A stretch of 64,000 nt of DNA, from NCBI GenBank assembly GCA_010015585.1, contig ML975162.1; one strand, given 5' to 3'. A program made the position numbers and the translations under genes. Numbering within the stretch: the first letter of the stretch is position 1; every line of letters begins with the position of its first letter. Shown here piece after piece: positions 23,614 to 39,575 of this stretch. The notes beneath the pieces were generated by a model, which saw nothing but the letters and a program-made list of their open reading frames with translations, ran no database searches and was not told where the DNA came from. Origin of the DNA: Eremomyces bilateralis CBS 781.70 (taxonomy: Eukaryota).

Positions 23614-24719
23614 ATGGATCCGATCATTGCCAACATCCGCCAATTTGCTGAGAAGAGTCGGTCTCTGCGCGATGACCCGATGGCAGTGGAAGAGCGTGGA
23701 GACAAAGATTTGGAGGGGAGCCTTGATGCCACACTCCAAGAGCTTCAGGCCCAGATCGCAACCGCTTCACAGGCACTAGAGAAGGTCAGTTTAACGGAAA
23801 ACCTGCATTTTATTTCTCGGATTTCATGGCTAACGGCAATAAGCTACGTGCTGAAAATGTGACCCTATCATCTACGGAGGATCTTGAGAACCCCAGACTT
23901 CGTCTACGCGAACTACAAGCTGTGAAACTTGGGATGGCATCGCTCGCTGCCAAACCGCCCATGCTTCCCTCAAGTGCCAGCGCTGCCCTTCCTTCTGTCC
24001 TAGCATACCAAACCATCAAACACTCCATTGCCGAGTCGAAGAAGGAGATTCCGAGCCTCGAATCCCAGATTTCCTTTCATGAGCACCAACTGCGGACGTC
24101 CAGGTCCCTCCAGACCGACCACTCCGATATCAACTTAGCATTACGAGCAAGGATCGATCTCCTACGGACCTCGTCGGGAAAAGAGTCGAGGAAAGACGTG
24201 CGGCAGATTGCGCAAGACCGCGTCAATGCCGGTAGAGCTTTACAGAAGCATCTTCGCTCTCGGGCAGCCTCGCTGAGGGCCGCGCTCCTGGAGTTTGCGG
24301 AGGAGCATCTTGCTGTTCAATTAGCCGCCGAGGAGCTCGGTGGGCCCGTCGTTGGCGATTCAATGGAAGTTGACGAAGATTCACTTGCGGCGGGTGTGTT
24401 CGGAAAGCGGAAATCTCAACCATCTGGAAAGAACGCGGAACAGAAACGGCAGCGGAGGTTGGAAGATATACGGGGCGCTGGGCCACAGACGGCCGAGAAT
24501 GAAGTCTCGGAGAAATCCTTGGCTGGGGAAGAGTTCGTCGCCTTGGTTGATGCATTGGTAGAGGCACTCGATGGGAGGAGTCAAGACGGTGTCTACGTGA
24601 GGTTGGAGCGAGAGAGTGCTGCGGTCCGGTTCCTGGTCAGAGCAAGAGTTGCACAATTTCACCCAAAAGATGCGAGAAGGATTAGGCTGGTGGACTTTGG
24701 AAGAGAGTTGGACGACTAG
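23614..24719 (+). CDS. Probable inner-kinetochore protein CENP-K/Sim4-like (2 exons; intron near 23785-23843)
   Basis: Coiled-coil protein ending AVRFLVRARVAQFHPKDARRIRLVDFGRELDD, resembling fungal CENP-K C-termini (recalled similarity). Confidence 0.65.
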
Positions 24720-27700
24720 ACTTTGTGTTTAAACGGTCCATGGACCTTCCACCGTGTCTATGGGCTTTTCAACAAACATGCTCGTGGATTCCGGGGTTTC
24801 TCTGGATCGATCACCCATTTCTCGGGTGCCGGGAATCTGTGTTCTACACTCTACAGTGCCCTGACCTGAATCCATTCAACCGATGTTCCTAGCCAGATCA
24901 ACCGGTTGTTGCTGCCGCATTCTCCAACCCGACCTCACAGACGGTCTCTCTGAATGACCGACCAAGACGCCGCACCGAAGTTTAGATGAGTTGTGAAGGC
25001 TGAAGAACACGAACCCCTGACAGTTCATATGCTAAATCTTGGGGAGTACATAGAACCGGTGCAACGACTCCAAGGAGACATGTGTTACGACCGGAGTTAG
25101 TGATGGAAACCAGCTACCGTCGCGTAGGGCAGTACTCGTGTTTCACTTGTCCGGAATTGCGCACAAAGGGACAGAGCACATCTAAATCGGGAAATGACAC
25201 GAAATTCAACATCGAAGATTGGACTCCGTTTGATCTTCAATAGGAGAAATCACCCTCTCCGGAGATGTGGGCCATGAATCCCATGAGGCACTCGCACAAT
25301 CCCGAGTGTTCCGCCGAGTATGGTAGTAAACTACATAGTAAGTCGCCTTTGTCCTGGCAATGTCGCTCCGAAAGTCGAACTGAGAAGCACTGCATCGGAT
25401 ATTTCTGCGTGGGATTTGTTCTCGCGCTGGTCATGCGACGATTACCATATCATTTCAGTCGTCTTCTCCTGTCTAAAATATCCACTTAGTCGTTTTTTGG
25501 GGTACTATCAGGTACTGGGAATTGGAAGCCAGTCTCCTGGCTCATTGCCATCGGCGAGGTCCGCCTATAATCAGCATTCTAGTCGCACTGACAGATTTTC
25601 AAGGGCATGCCAACAACACCAACCTCCATTCGGACGACTTGGGCTCGAAGAGTTTTGCATATGGGACGCGTAAGCCACCTCCAACAGCCGATCAGCCACA
25701 TGCCCACATCCTAAGCGCGAGTCACAAATCGAACGCTCCAGCCGGAACGGTTGATGGGAGTGAGTACTGCCGATCGGAGTCGCTTAGCTCATAAATGGGA
25801 CTTCCATTCGCCACCTTTCTGCTGTGATTCTGTGAAGTGCGAACTTTTCTCTCCGTGCACAACTGGGACCACCCCTAGGGGCACCCCGTGGCTTCAGGGG
25901 TTGGTGTATTAAGAAACACTACTTCCCGGTCAGGACCGATGCTTTGTCTGGACAATGGTAATAATGGTGCCTCATTGTGTCGAGAGGCGATCCCGAATAG
26001 ATCGGGCTCGCTTGGCTGGTGGCGAGTATGGACGACGTGGCTTGGTTCTCCTGAAGTTCGCGATACCTTAGGGCCCTATGCCTCGGACCGTCGATCGCTT
26101 ATTCCTCTACGTACAATGAAGATCAGTCCCCTCAGAACAAGGCCTCCAATGTCGGTTCACACACTGCTCGAATTTTCCAGAATAGAACGAAGGATACGAT
26201 CTCCAATTCATCGATTTTGATTGGTGTCCCATCGGAGACCATCCCAACCCCTCAGGAGACAGGATATGCCCTCCACACCACTTTGAGCAATTCGATTCGA
26301 ACGGCTGTCTATCCTCTCCCAACGAAGCAGTAGCAGTTTCTGTCTTTAGAAACCATGTTGGATGGCAAATCAACACAATGATATCAGGGGACAGCAGCAT
26401 AGCATACCAACGATATCGCCTGTGATGTCGTTGAGCGGAGCTGTCCAATTTGCAATGACGTCATCCACGTCTCCTCCCGCGCCCAATCGCATGAATGGAG
26501 TTACGCACATTAGCTTGAGCACTCATGCGGTGGACAAAAATCCTCGCATTGCCGAAGTGCACCCACCACCAATACTCTACAGGGGTCTTCCTCACCAAAT
26601 CACCATCTATACAGTCACTTATTATGAGTTAAAACCATGCTTGCGTTGTTGGATCTCCACGAAATTGACGGCACCACAGATACGTGATCTTTCCGTAGAA
26701 CCCCTATGGGGCCGCCTTCGGGATGGATTATGAGGGTTTTCACGAAATGGGATCATATTAAAATGATGTGTATTAATTACTTGTAGAATGCATTAAATCC
26801 TACAGGTCTTGTGTGGGCGCAGGTGCACTTCGGTAATGCGAGGATTTCTGTCCACCGCGTGGCACTATCGAGTGTCGAGGATCGGCTAGGTATTGACTAT
26901 CGAGCATCGAAAGGATCGTTCTCCGCAATTATTCGTATCATTATTGGACTAGAGTACTTGCGAACTGTGGTACATGGGCTTTCAGAGGGCTACATGTACC
27001 CGCGTTATTGATCCTCAAGGCGTCAAGCTGGTCATCCCAAGTGGCTTGTTCTCATTCATGGTCCCTGGTTCGGCATACAATAACTAACACAGGATGGGCA
27101 GCACTGCAGTACCGATGAAGCCTGAAGGCTATGATTTATGAACCTGAATTGAGAATTTATCCTGAAATTACACGGAGTGATACTGTAGACGATGCTAGGG
27201 GAGATTGACAGCCACGAGGCACGGCACAGGCTGTGGGGTTTCCTACCGTCTAACGGTTTAGTCTCAGATTGGAGCCAATTAGCCAAACTCTCAATTTCCT
27301 GCCCCCATTTTAGCAGTTTTGGCAACCGTTGAAGTTTGAACATCTTTCCGGGGCAGGTTTTCGGAGTCGGAAATCGGAGATCGGAATAGAGGTCGATCAT
27401 GCTGTCCAATGATAAGAATCGAAAAATGGGGAGGAGAGTAGTGGCGCGAGAATTGGGGGGAACTGACGTTCCAGTTTCTTCCACCGTCCCTCCAATCTCC
27501 ATTGGTCCTAATTGGAGTTAGGACTCACGATGGCAGGGGATGAGCCGGCCGAAGAGGTCCGATCGAGGCATCGATGCCGTCATCCAATTTTAACTTTGAT
27601 CATGGATGGCAGGCACTGCAGGATGGATCATGGAGCACACTACACAACGCAAGTCGACATGCGGCATGAGATAATTCGTAAACCATTACAGTATTCCGCA

Positions 27701-30491
27701 ATATCGCAATTGCTATCATTGCACGGTTCGCTAGGATGTCCAGCTCAAATTCGCCCCAATTTTGGAGGCCTACGTTGTCTCAATGTCCCGGTAAGACCGA
27801 AATTGATCACTGATGTGATGACGTCCGTGGCAATTCAGAAACCGAGGCATGGATCCCGTCGTCCAAAAGTCTACGGTCCGTGTCAATGGTCAATCATCAA
27901 TGGGCAATAAGGTGAATGCAGCTCAGTTCAACAGGAAGCATTGACATCAGACAAAACGAGGAGCGGGATGTGTCGCCGATTCCTGACCATTCAGAATATG
28001 ACAATTGACAACCAACTCAATTGTCCTCGAGATGAGAAAGCCGTGGGATGCAAGGGGAAATGGGAGGTAGCAGACTGGCAGGACAGAGGGTCAAATCGGG
28101 TAACCAGGAGCGTGTGGCAAGATTTCCGATATTATGTTTGATGTCCTATATCCTATGGGAAGAATATGAAACAATTGACAAAGATCAAGAGTGTAGGCAT
28201 CGGACTTACCCGTCGCCATACTGTACCGTATCCAGAGTCTCAGTGTCGAATGGAGTTCGGAAGACTTCAGATATGAATGCGCCGGATTATTACCGTGATG
28301 GAGAATCCAATTTCACGGAGATGAGGGGAGGCAATGTTAAGTTGCCCAGCGATATTCCATAATAATAAACAGCCCCGGAAATGTGGTTTCATTTCACGTT
28401 GACAGCGGTACCATGCGAATCGGTCTCTGGCAGCCAACTGCACTGGATGACTATCATCAGAGCGCGACGATATGACGATGAAGCTCGCGAAAAGGTCCCC
28501 GTGAACTTCCTGGGCTGCGAATACCAGGTGCTAGTTGCCACGGAGCACAGCTCCGTCGTGTACGCGTATGCCAGCGCCGACCGCTAAAGAGTCATTAGAT
28601 CATGTCTGGGACCACAGGGGACGGATCAGGGCGTGGGAGATTGTCCGAGTAGCTTGACGAGGGTTTGTTCTGAAAAATAAGTGCGAGATAAAGTGGAGCG
28701 AGATGGGTCCCGGAATTCGGAAAGGATGAAAGCGTGCGAACTGCGAAGTCCTGGAGAACGTCAGGCCGCATCAACAAAAGCCACTCACGACCTATCGAAG
28801 CTTAGGGAGCTGCTGTCGGAAGACTGGGCGACGTCGTTTTCTCGACACCTCTGTTCTTCAACCATCAATCTTAGTATTCTTCACCTCGTTAGCCAGTAGG
28901 AGTCGGCGCCGGTTGGGCATGGCCTGCCACACAACAGCCTCATAAAGTGCCGCCGCCCCGGTTAATTGTCAGTGTGCGGCAGAGCCCATGTCAGATTTGT
29001 AGATCCTACAGACAGTAGGTGAGTGGAAGCCCTTTGTCATTTGTGGCTGTGGCACGGAAATACGGAGTGGTCTAAGAATTATGAAGGGACTTAAAGATTT
29101 AGGGCGGATTGACCTCAGGGGCTACGGCTCATTTGCTCAGTCGCCCTTCAGAGTTCAGACTTCAAGTCGTACATCCGGCATCCTCGACTCTCGAGGCTCG
29201 AATGGCCGTCATTATGGAAACATTCATACATCCTTCATAGGTATTCTGTAATTCATCCGAGAGAGGTGGGTGACATCGGTGCTATCTAGATCGGGCTTAG
29301 CTTGTAGAGCTTCATTCATGCTTAAACTACGTAATAAGTAAACATGAATCTGAATGGAGAATTAACTTCCGCATCACGTTTCCTTGTCGCCCATGCATTA
29401 TTATACGAGTTACGGTATCACTTATTGATTACCTATTCGGCTTATCCATACAAGTCACAAACCACTCTACGCCGCCACCGCCCATGCGGTTCAACGTCCA
29501 CCGGTATACAGTACCAGCCCACTGCCCACTAGTTAAGGCAGGTAATGAACTAGGCAGGACGCTCTACACTCTACACTCTACAGGTGTCCACTGTAGCACT
29601 GTCCACCACTTGTGGCGGTGTCCGCCTCTCTTCGGTTCCGCATGCCCTGATGAATTAAATTCGGTTTGATGAGCTGTGCTCCCAGTCCCCCACAGTCCCA
29701 CTTGCCACCACCAGTCGCTATCTTGCCGCTTTTCTCGCTACAGGGTACTTGGAAGTCGAAAACAATGCTAGAGCCTATTAGAGCGATGCTACCGCAGTAG
29801 TTAGCAATGCTTTTGGCACACCGTGTCCTGTGTCCTTGTCTAGCCATCGAACAACCCTATTTTCGATTCCACCATCGCGAAATGGCATTCTGACCGATTC
29901 CCCCATATCTCCCAGGACTTCGATGCGGGCTTTTCTGTGGATTGGCTTGTTGGCTAATTTATTACCACTGCTATTCCCTACTCCGTACTGCTACGTACTA
30001 CCGTCAACCGTGTCTTCCCTCGCTCGACTTGTCGGTCCTCGCCAAACTCTCCCTTTCAGCCGCGCTATTGCTCCCTTTCTATCCGCTCTCCGTATAGACT
30101 TCTACCTGCATGGCCACCATCTGAAGTTCCTTTCTCGCCCTCTCCGATCTTCACTTCACTGCCCTGCTCCACCTTTCGGACGCGCAATTCTTTGATAGCG
30201 ACGTTCTCGACCCGGCCGCTCGAGGAGACCTATTCCGAATCCACACTTGTCCTCCGTCGCACTGTTGCGCTGTACGACCGAACAGCCACTTCCCATCTCC
30301 CACGCTCGTTTATGAATTCCTTGGCCCTCCTCCGCGATTCTTAGCTGTGGCTTGACTCCTCCCGCGCCAGTTTTCCAGTGTCCCCTATGCTCTCACGTTC
30401 ACCCTTTGAACGCGTTCTCTTATAGCAGTTCTCCCCGATTTAGCAGATGCTATAGCGTGTCACTTGGGCGTACTGCTCTTCCCACACCGCT

Positions 30492-33400
30492 ATGTTTCGA
30501 AACCGGTAAGTTTATGGAGTTTGATTTTGTGCATGCTACTGTCTTCATCAAACGAGACAGCCAGCCTCTGGCTGGTGATGACCGAAATACACCAAACAAG
30601 GCGCGGCTCGAAGTCCGCAACTCGGCTGACCCGACTTGTTCGCAGGACTGGCTCCCAGAAACCCAACGAGGAGTTGATAGCAAGTTTCAAGTCAAGCTAT
30701 CCACAACTCGCGACAACCTCTGGCTCCTCTGTCGCTCCTATCCAAGGCCATACGTCGCTAACCGATGCTCTGGATGTCGCTGTACAGTCCCGGTAAGTGA
30801 ATTGCGTGGATGCACCTTTACATGGCCCATCATTTCCCTTTTCGACATCACCCTTCAATCTACTCCGCCCTGCCAGTCCCTTTCAAATGCCAGTCAATCA
30901 CAGAAATAGAACCGTTTGCCCCTTCGCTTTTTAAACCCTCATTACTATCGTTTCGTATCAATAATCAAACCCGATATATACATGTCACTGTCTTTTGGAG
31001 TTATACTAACATGGCGCTCGTTTACCATAATAGTCCCTTCCCAGAGGACCATGATATCAAAGATGAGGATCCTACCCCGAGAGGAAATCCTGAGCAATGG
31101 CGGTTTACACCCTCGATAATGGATCCCAATTCTTTCACCTTTACTTCTTTCGCCAATCAGCCGCCTGGCTACTATACCCCGACGCCTGGTGGCACGAACA
31201 CCTTCTATCACAGTCAAGCTGGAGATCTTCATACTCCCGGCTTCACTATGGGGCTGGGGACTCCGCTCTCTTTACCACATGTAACCTCAGAAGGTGGACC
31301 GGCCACTACAGCCCCGTTGCACGGGTTTCAGCCATCCATCGCGCCGCTCCATTTTCAGAACCCGAACCCTTTCGCAATCCCTCATCACCCGGAATCATTT
31401 GCTCCACATCAGTTCCAGCAGCCAGAGTCTTCCTTCCATCCGTTGGAGACCAGCCACGAGGACCCTTCAATAGGCGACATGCATGTCGATGTTGAGATGC
31501 ACGAAGACCCCCAGGCGCTATCTTTTCCTGCGACCTTTGAGCAGACGAGTTTGATGCCCCATGCTCCTCAACAAGCTCTTGAGAAGTAAGCGTACCATTT
31601 GAAATTTGTTCATGATTTTGATTCTTACATGGCCCAGTTTCCGATATCACGTTACTTTGAATGCTCCGACAGCAATGATCAAACACGCAGACGAGATACC
31701 AGTCACTTATCTGAACAAAGGACAAGCATACTCTATCTCGGTCGTCGATACCAGACCAGAACACATGTCTGGGGTTATACCCCGATACCGAACGTTCGTC
31801 AGAATATCATTCGAAGACGAACAGCAGCGACAACGACCGACCGCATGCTGGCAACTTTGGAAAGAAGGCCGAGGATCAAATGAGGCTCATCACCGTGGTG
31901 GTCGACTGCAGGCCGTCGAATTCGTTGATCCATCTCAAATCGGTGGCGGCGAGCTGCTCGGACGACCACAGGTCGAAGTGGACTGCGCCTCTTTCGATGG
32001 GTTCGCGGTATTCTGGTCCCCCCCGCCAGGCGGATCAAGCGAATGCTCCATCGCTGTTAGATTCAACTTTCTCTCCACCGATTTCAGCCACTCGAAAGGC
32101 GTCAAGGGCATCCCAGTGCGACTCTGCACCAAGACCGAGTTGGTGACCTTCGAGGGTCCCCAAGGCTCTCCGGAGCAGATTCCACCGAACCAGACTATTA
32201 CCACAACACCCGAAACATGTTATTGCAAAGTCAAGCTATTCCGTGACCATGGTGCGGAACGCAAGCTCTCGAATGACGTCGCCCACGTCAGGAAATCGAT
32301 CGAGAAATTGAAAACCCAGATTTCCAACCTCGAATCTGGCTTGAAAGACTTCGGCAAACGCAAACGTGCAAGCCTGGAATCGAAGACGATTGCTGGGAGC
32401 TCACGGCCGGGCAAGGTTCCGAAGCACAAGCGCACCTGGAGCATGTCGAGTGCAAGCACTGGCGAGCGAGAGGGCAGTGGAAGAGGAGGCGCTGAGGAGG
32501 ACCTTCATCTCAAGCTGGCTACTCTTCAAGACATGTTTACCAGTACTCGACCAGCCAGTGTCCTTTATTTGAAAGGAGAGGAACCAGATGATCCGGACCT
32601 CCATCCTGTTCACCTGACCGGTACTGAGGCGTTCGATTTGGTAACAAAATTGGATGCTTCTACTGGTCCCCTGGACGCTGGCGTCTGGGAGCGCCAAAGT
32701 GGTCACTCGAGCAGCATTGTAAGCCCTACACCAAGTACGCGCAGTATCCACAGCGGCGGTCGAAGAAGCTCGCAGATTGCGCCATTTAATCCCTCGGGCA
32801 GAATTGAGAGCAATGAATGGCGCAGCATAACCGGTCAGACTGCTACTGGCGACCTTCCTGGACAATCGGTGACCGCGAACATGGCCGGGCAGTTGTCAAG
32901 CGTCCCTGAGGGTCCTGTGAAGGTCCCGAAACAAAGTACTGGCGGTGACGACGGCCACAGCTTATCAGGATGGATAGAGGCGATCGGCGTGGACTATAGT
33001 TACCAACCGCCATCCGAACAGGCGATGAAGCCAAGTGAGTCCCCCCCATTTTTTTATTTTAAAAAAAACCAAAAAACATCTTGTTTGCATTGTCTAACGT
33101 GAAGAGCAATAGTTGCAAGTTTCTATATTCTTCCACGCTTGCGCGGCCAACCCTCTGACGACCCCTATTACCGCGCCATCTACCTCATGACTCGAACCGC
33201 GAAAGACTTGACCGATACCATTTCTGCGAAATGCGGTATCGATCCAACCTTGGTGCAACGTGCTCTGCGCGTCAACGCGAAAGGACTCAGCATCCTCATC
33301 GACGACGACGTGGTCCGTGAAATGCCGGAAGGCATGGATATGGTCGCCGAGTTCGTTGATCTGAAGCCAGAGCGTGGTATCGACAGTCTGCCCGCGCCTC

Positions 33401-33516
33401 CTGCACGAACGAAGGGCGAGTGGGATCCCGATCATACCGATATTCAACTCGACAGTGACATCGGGATTGTTGAAGATAATCGAGTGGACGTGTGGGAACT
33501 ACGCCTCATTTTCTAA
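30492..33516 (+). CDS. CP2/Grainyhead-like transcription factor (about 5 exons, beginning with a 14-nt coding exon MFRNR)
   Basis: CP2 domain (PVTYLNKGQAY, RFNFLSTDFSHSKGVKGIPVRLC, KVKLFRDHGAERK). Donors GTAAGT at 30506 and 30793 and GTAAGC at 31586; the N-terminus splices to MFRNRTGSQKPNEEL. Confidence 0.9.
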
Positions 33517-36500
33517 TCCTTCTCCATGGAGCTGCCGGCCCAATAATCGCATTCCTTACGACGCATCTTTCTTTGACCAAGACTGGTTCCCAAGCGAACA
33601 AATACCTCCCTAGCTAAGGGTTCCTTAACTCTAATATTTCTTACGGACTTGCATCGGCGAAATAGGTGTTGCTTCAATGCACTCCTTTGACCATTTCGCC
33701 AACGATCACGCTAAATTTGGATCAACTATTTACTTCAATGATACCCCGAAATCTTTTTGTCCTTATTCCTTTCAACGACCAAGCAATGATAACGGGCAAT
33801 GATTCCTCCTTCATAAATTCCCTGCAAAAATTTTATTGCCGAGGGCACGGAATTTCCACTCACTCTCCTTTGTTTCTTGGAGTTAGCTTTGGATTTATCT
33901 ATCGGGATTAATTCTCTGCCACCCTACAGCCGGTCACCATTAGATCTCGCGAACTGTCTTTGCCCATGAAATTCATTTCTAATATATGAGATACCCCGAT
34001 CCTTCATGATCAACACAATAATGTGCTTTCCTACGTCCGCTTTGCCTCCCAAGCGCCATGTAGGAAAGGAGGTGGGCTGTGCGGCACACTTTGGACCACG
34101 TACTGTACCCTGGACAGGGAATTTTCTCCTTTATTCGCAGTTTCGGAATTCCTTTAACTTGTTGGCGCGGATTGGCTCGTGGCTGGCCACAGCTAGCGCG
34201 GTCATCCCCCCTTTGACTTCAGTCTGTATGTCTCCGAGCAAATATATGGCGAATTATTGGCCCAAGGGACGAGTATTGTTCTCTCATATGTAAAGGTAAT
34301 CAAAACCTGCCTAAGATAATTTACAGCGCGTTTGAAGAGGATGGGGTCTCCTTGGGCGCAATTCACCCCCACCCTTTTGTTTCAGCGGCCGACAGTTCGA
34401 TCCATTCAGTACCTACGATATAAGTTGGACGCCTTGCGATCACCTCACTCGACGTGCCAACTTTCTACAAACCATTGGCCATTCCGGTGGACTGGAAAGC
34501 TGGTTCCCTGCAGCCTTGGGCCAGTGAGGATTCTTACCGGGTTCTCGTCGAAATGGCACCCTGAGGTGTGCATTAGGGCTGTCTCTGTCAAGTTCGATTC
34601 TGCGAGTTAAATCGCTGATACGGACTTGATATCTAGGAGTCTGACGGGATACGCTGGGGAACGCTGCCTGGGAGGTGATGGCTCGGCCCTTAGGGTGTTA
34701 ATACGGGACCATTGGCTACGGCCCCAGGAGAAAGCGAGGGGGGGCTCGAAGATGCAGGAAGACGTAGCTGAGCATATCGAGTTGACGAAGGTTTATTGAT
34801 AGTGACAACGGTGATGCATCCAACGGCACATGGATCAGACCACGCGCAGGTTATTCGACAGATTCAGGGCCCTGTGGCAGAAGCCGATGCAGGAGAGTCT
34901 GCCAGGACCTAGGGGAAACCATGTGCATGGAGGAGTGGGATGTTCAGGAGAACGCGTGTCCAACGGACGGTGAGAGGTTGGAGATGTTAGGATCTTCGTG
35001 CCTTGTACCACCTTTCTCTACGAGCGCTGCAAAACCACCATAAAAAGAATGAAACCATGGGATTTGGTCGAGATCGTCCTTACTTTCAGTGTAGGAAGTG
35101 ATATGCGGACAACCCTCCTTGCGTGTACATTGCACTGCTCGCTTCCATGCGGAGGCCATTACACGACAACAGAAGGATTTACTGGGACCCTCTTCTATAT
35201 TTTAATTTTATTGAATATACCGACAGTCTGGTACGAGCACCAACAGCATCCAGGTCCATAGTGTAGTGTTGAGGCATACAGTACCCGGCGCATGTAAGGT
35301 ACATACATAGTATGTATCGATCACGATCGTGATCTATCCTGCCACCATACATGTACATCAACGTGGCAGCATGGTATAGGTACATGTCTGGCGACCATGT
35401 CAGAGATCACCTTGTTTGACGCATGGGGAGTCATTGCTGGTGGTATTTCTCTTTCACGTTACTGTTTTTGGATGTTAGGGCGTACGACGCTCGCCACCAC
35501 CGACGTTTCTTCGCGATCTGCAACTTGAAACGCTCGGAACTAGGGTTGCGCAAGAACATCCCGCTGACCACTGTGCTATTCCCAGGAGCTCCTGCTATCT
35601 ACGGGTACGATGATTGGATAACCCCCTTTTCGATTAAATTGTTTCCAGATGGGCGTGTATGACTGCGTCATTGAACGGGCGGTGCTCAGCTCGCCTTTGT
35701 CGAATATTTATCGAACCAGGACATTGAAAAGGTCTGGAAGGAGGTTGGATCCTAGGTATGCCATGTAGACACAAACTGCGGAAACGAGGGGATGCTGGAA
35801 GCCTATCTGCAAGAACCTGTAGCTGTAGGGCATCCACTGGGGGAGAAGGTTCCGGAACAATCCACTAGTACTAAATACTGCTCCATGCAAGATGCACCGA
35901 CTGACGAGTGGTGCAGGTAAAAATGGTAAGTTCGCATCATGATATCATCTGCCTGACTATGGATTCTATCACGCTGAAGCTAGGGCACACTGCCACGTCG
36001 ACAACAAGGATCGCCAACGCCACGACATTTACTACCTCGTCATCGGACCTATGCCGAGGACTACTACCTTAACAATCAGTGGCGCCGGCAACATTCAAAG
36101 GAGGCAATCTTGTATCATGGTCATTCATTAGACATGGAGTCATTTCACCAATATCAATACATAACTAGCATTTGCGTAGAGCCCTATGACCGAAACCGAG
36201 GCTCGCGAGTATTACATCATCCTCTTTAAGTAGGTCAGAACTTGTATAATACCATTCTTAGATATATGTAATATAACCTTGGCAACTGTGCAACCGCTCA
36301 ACTCCAGACAAATTGAATTGATACATCCAAATACATTCCTATACTTCTGAAGCTCTTGCGACTAGAGTGACCTATGTACAGTACATCGACGAAGTGTATG
36401 AAAGCCATGTCCCTTGGAACTCAGTATTGGCGGAAGCGAAGCTTGAACACGTCAGTAAGACACAGTAGCAACGGCTGGTGTAGTATCCACAAACCTCAAT

Positions 36501-38216
36501 GAGATCAGCTATTGAATGGGACAACACCGCCCTCTGGCGTCGACTGGACCGGCGCAGTGTCACTTGGGGCGCGGACGACTATATCTTCGACAGCGCGTTT
36601 ACTGTTGAAGGGAACAACGCCACCGTCAACAGTGGACTTCACGGGCTGGGTATCACTCCGTGCCGATACAGCTACCGATATTGTGTTAGCTAATACCAGT
36701 TCTGGTGCTTAAGTACATGCGTCCTCATACCATCGCTGACCGGAGCCGCATAGCCGAAGGCGAGGAGAGTAAAGATGGACATGAGAATGCTAGACCGCAT
36801 CTTGTTAAGTATATGTCTTGTAGTTCCGCTGAAAGTCTTCCGTGAATAAAAATGACGATAAAGAGTGAAAACAGTTGGTCGTCCGGCGACTTAGTGGTTG
36901 AATCGAAGACGGAGAATGAATGACAGCAAGATCAAGAGAGAGCTGACAGATGCAATGACATGGAAATATTCAGTGTAGGCGAGCCAGTGTATTTAGGAAC
37001 TTTGGTTTTGATGATATGAAAGGAACGAAATCCGAGACCAGACCTTCGCAGCTGAGACGTGCTATGTCGAGGCGTGTCTGGCATGACTACCGATCACCCT
37101 CGAGAAGGCAAGCTGTGGGTCAAAACCTGTCGCAGAATGGCATCCAGGCAAACTCGAGGCTAAAGGACGCTCGCAGATGCAGATATCACGCAGCAGACGA
37201 TGTTTAATTGATGGTCTACCCATATCGGACGTGTACTGTAACCTCCTCCTGATGATGATGTTGAGCTGGTTTGACCATAGAATCGGCGGCGACAACCACT
37301 GCGAAGCTTGGTGAATACACCAAATCGAGGATAGGTCCCATTATTCCTTTTCCGAGTCCGGACTAGGTTCATTTTAACCAGGAGAAAGCGAAACTCGTTT
37401 GTAACTGTCTCGAAACCGAGGGAGTATCAGGAGTAACCATGGGTCATGATCGGGATTGAGAACGGCGGACAGGAACCTTTCTACCCATTTGTCCTCCATT
37501 ACCATACTGCATCCACCTGCAGATGGGGTTCATATGGAATGATCCGGTAGTCATCAGTGTCGGGTTCGGTCTCCCGTCTGAGAAAGGCAGATGTAAAGAT
37601 TCAGTTCCGAAGCATGAAGCACATGATGCACGTGACCTTAGGTGTTTAGGAGCTGGAGCTGGAGTATGCCTTAGGCGCCAAGGCATACAGGCCTCCCGTG
37701 CCACATGCAGTTTTCACTTGCCACATGTAGTCTTAACTTTGGACCTCACTTTACTAAGTCGTGCAGGAATCTAGCTTATTATGGCCCGGCGCTACGAGGA
37801 GGAACCAGAGGATGGGACCCCTCCACTAGGTCTTGTATGGAACATCGTCGCCTTTCCTCTCTTTGTCTTTGGAACGCCTACGAGCAGTGCTATTCCTCTT
37901 AATCACGAGCGGCCGTATAATTTGCTGATTGTGAAGTCAGGCTGCATTCTTTCGACCCGCTTTCTGCTGTAGCACTTCCCAAACGCCCAGTCGGGGTCTC
38001 ACACGTGCTCGCATAGCCGCCGATTAGAGCGGACCAAAGGCTCCGTCCACGATATCGAGAGAGATCGCACTGGAGATTGCTGGCTGCCGTTCTCGAAGGA
38101 AGGATATAGTGGAATCTGGACATCATCTGCCCGCTTCTAGTTTATACCTGATATCGTCTACGTCGCAATCAGCGCCGTATAAGTGTTCTCGTGGCCTTAT
38201 CATCGTTTCTCACTGA

Positions 38217-39244
<1,028 letters not shown>

Positions 39245-39435
39245 TAACCTCCATCTTTGGATCATACCCAAAGTTAGAAGCATTCAAGGACACTGAAGTG
39301 GGCTACCTTTCTTTTCCTGCTGAAGGTAATTCCTGAATTACAACCCAAATGATTAGATGACAGATGAACAAAGCTACTCCCCAACCTTGATGACTCTCCT
39401 TTCTCAAATGGCTGAGTCGAAGAGTGATATTTCTT

Positions 39436-39575
39436 GTTTGGTGTGATGAGAGAGAGAGATTCATACGCCCGTCAGGCCTCTCAGTGAGGCCCATGTGGGT
39501 GTTTGGTGTGGTGAGAGAGAGATTCATACGCCCGTCAGGCCTCTCAGCGAGGCCCATGTGGGGTGTTTGGTGTGG
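39436..39575. repeat. Direct tandem repeat, about 64-bp unit x2 plus a partial third
   Basis: GTTTGGTGTG(A/G)TGAGAGAGAGATTCATACGCCCGTCAGGCCTCTCAG(T/C)GAGGCCCATGTGGG at 39436 and 39501; the unit start recurs at 39565. Confidence 0.85.

Noticed and set aside
39436..39575. CRISPR-like repeat with hairpin
   Set aside because: Eukaryotic context, head-to-tail units with no unique spacers, and no cas genes.
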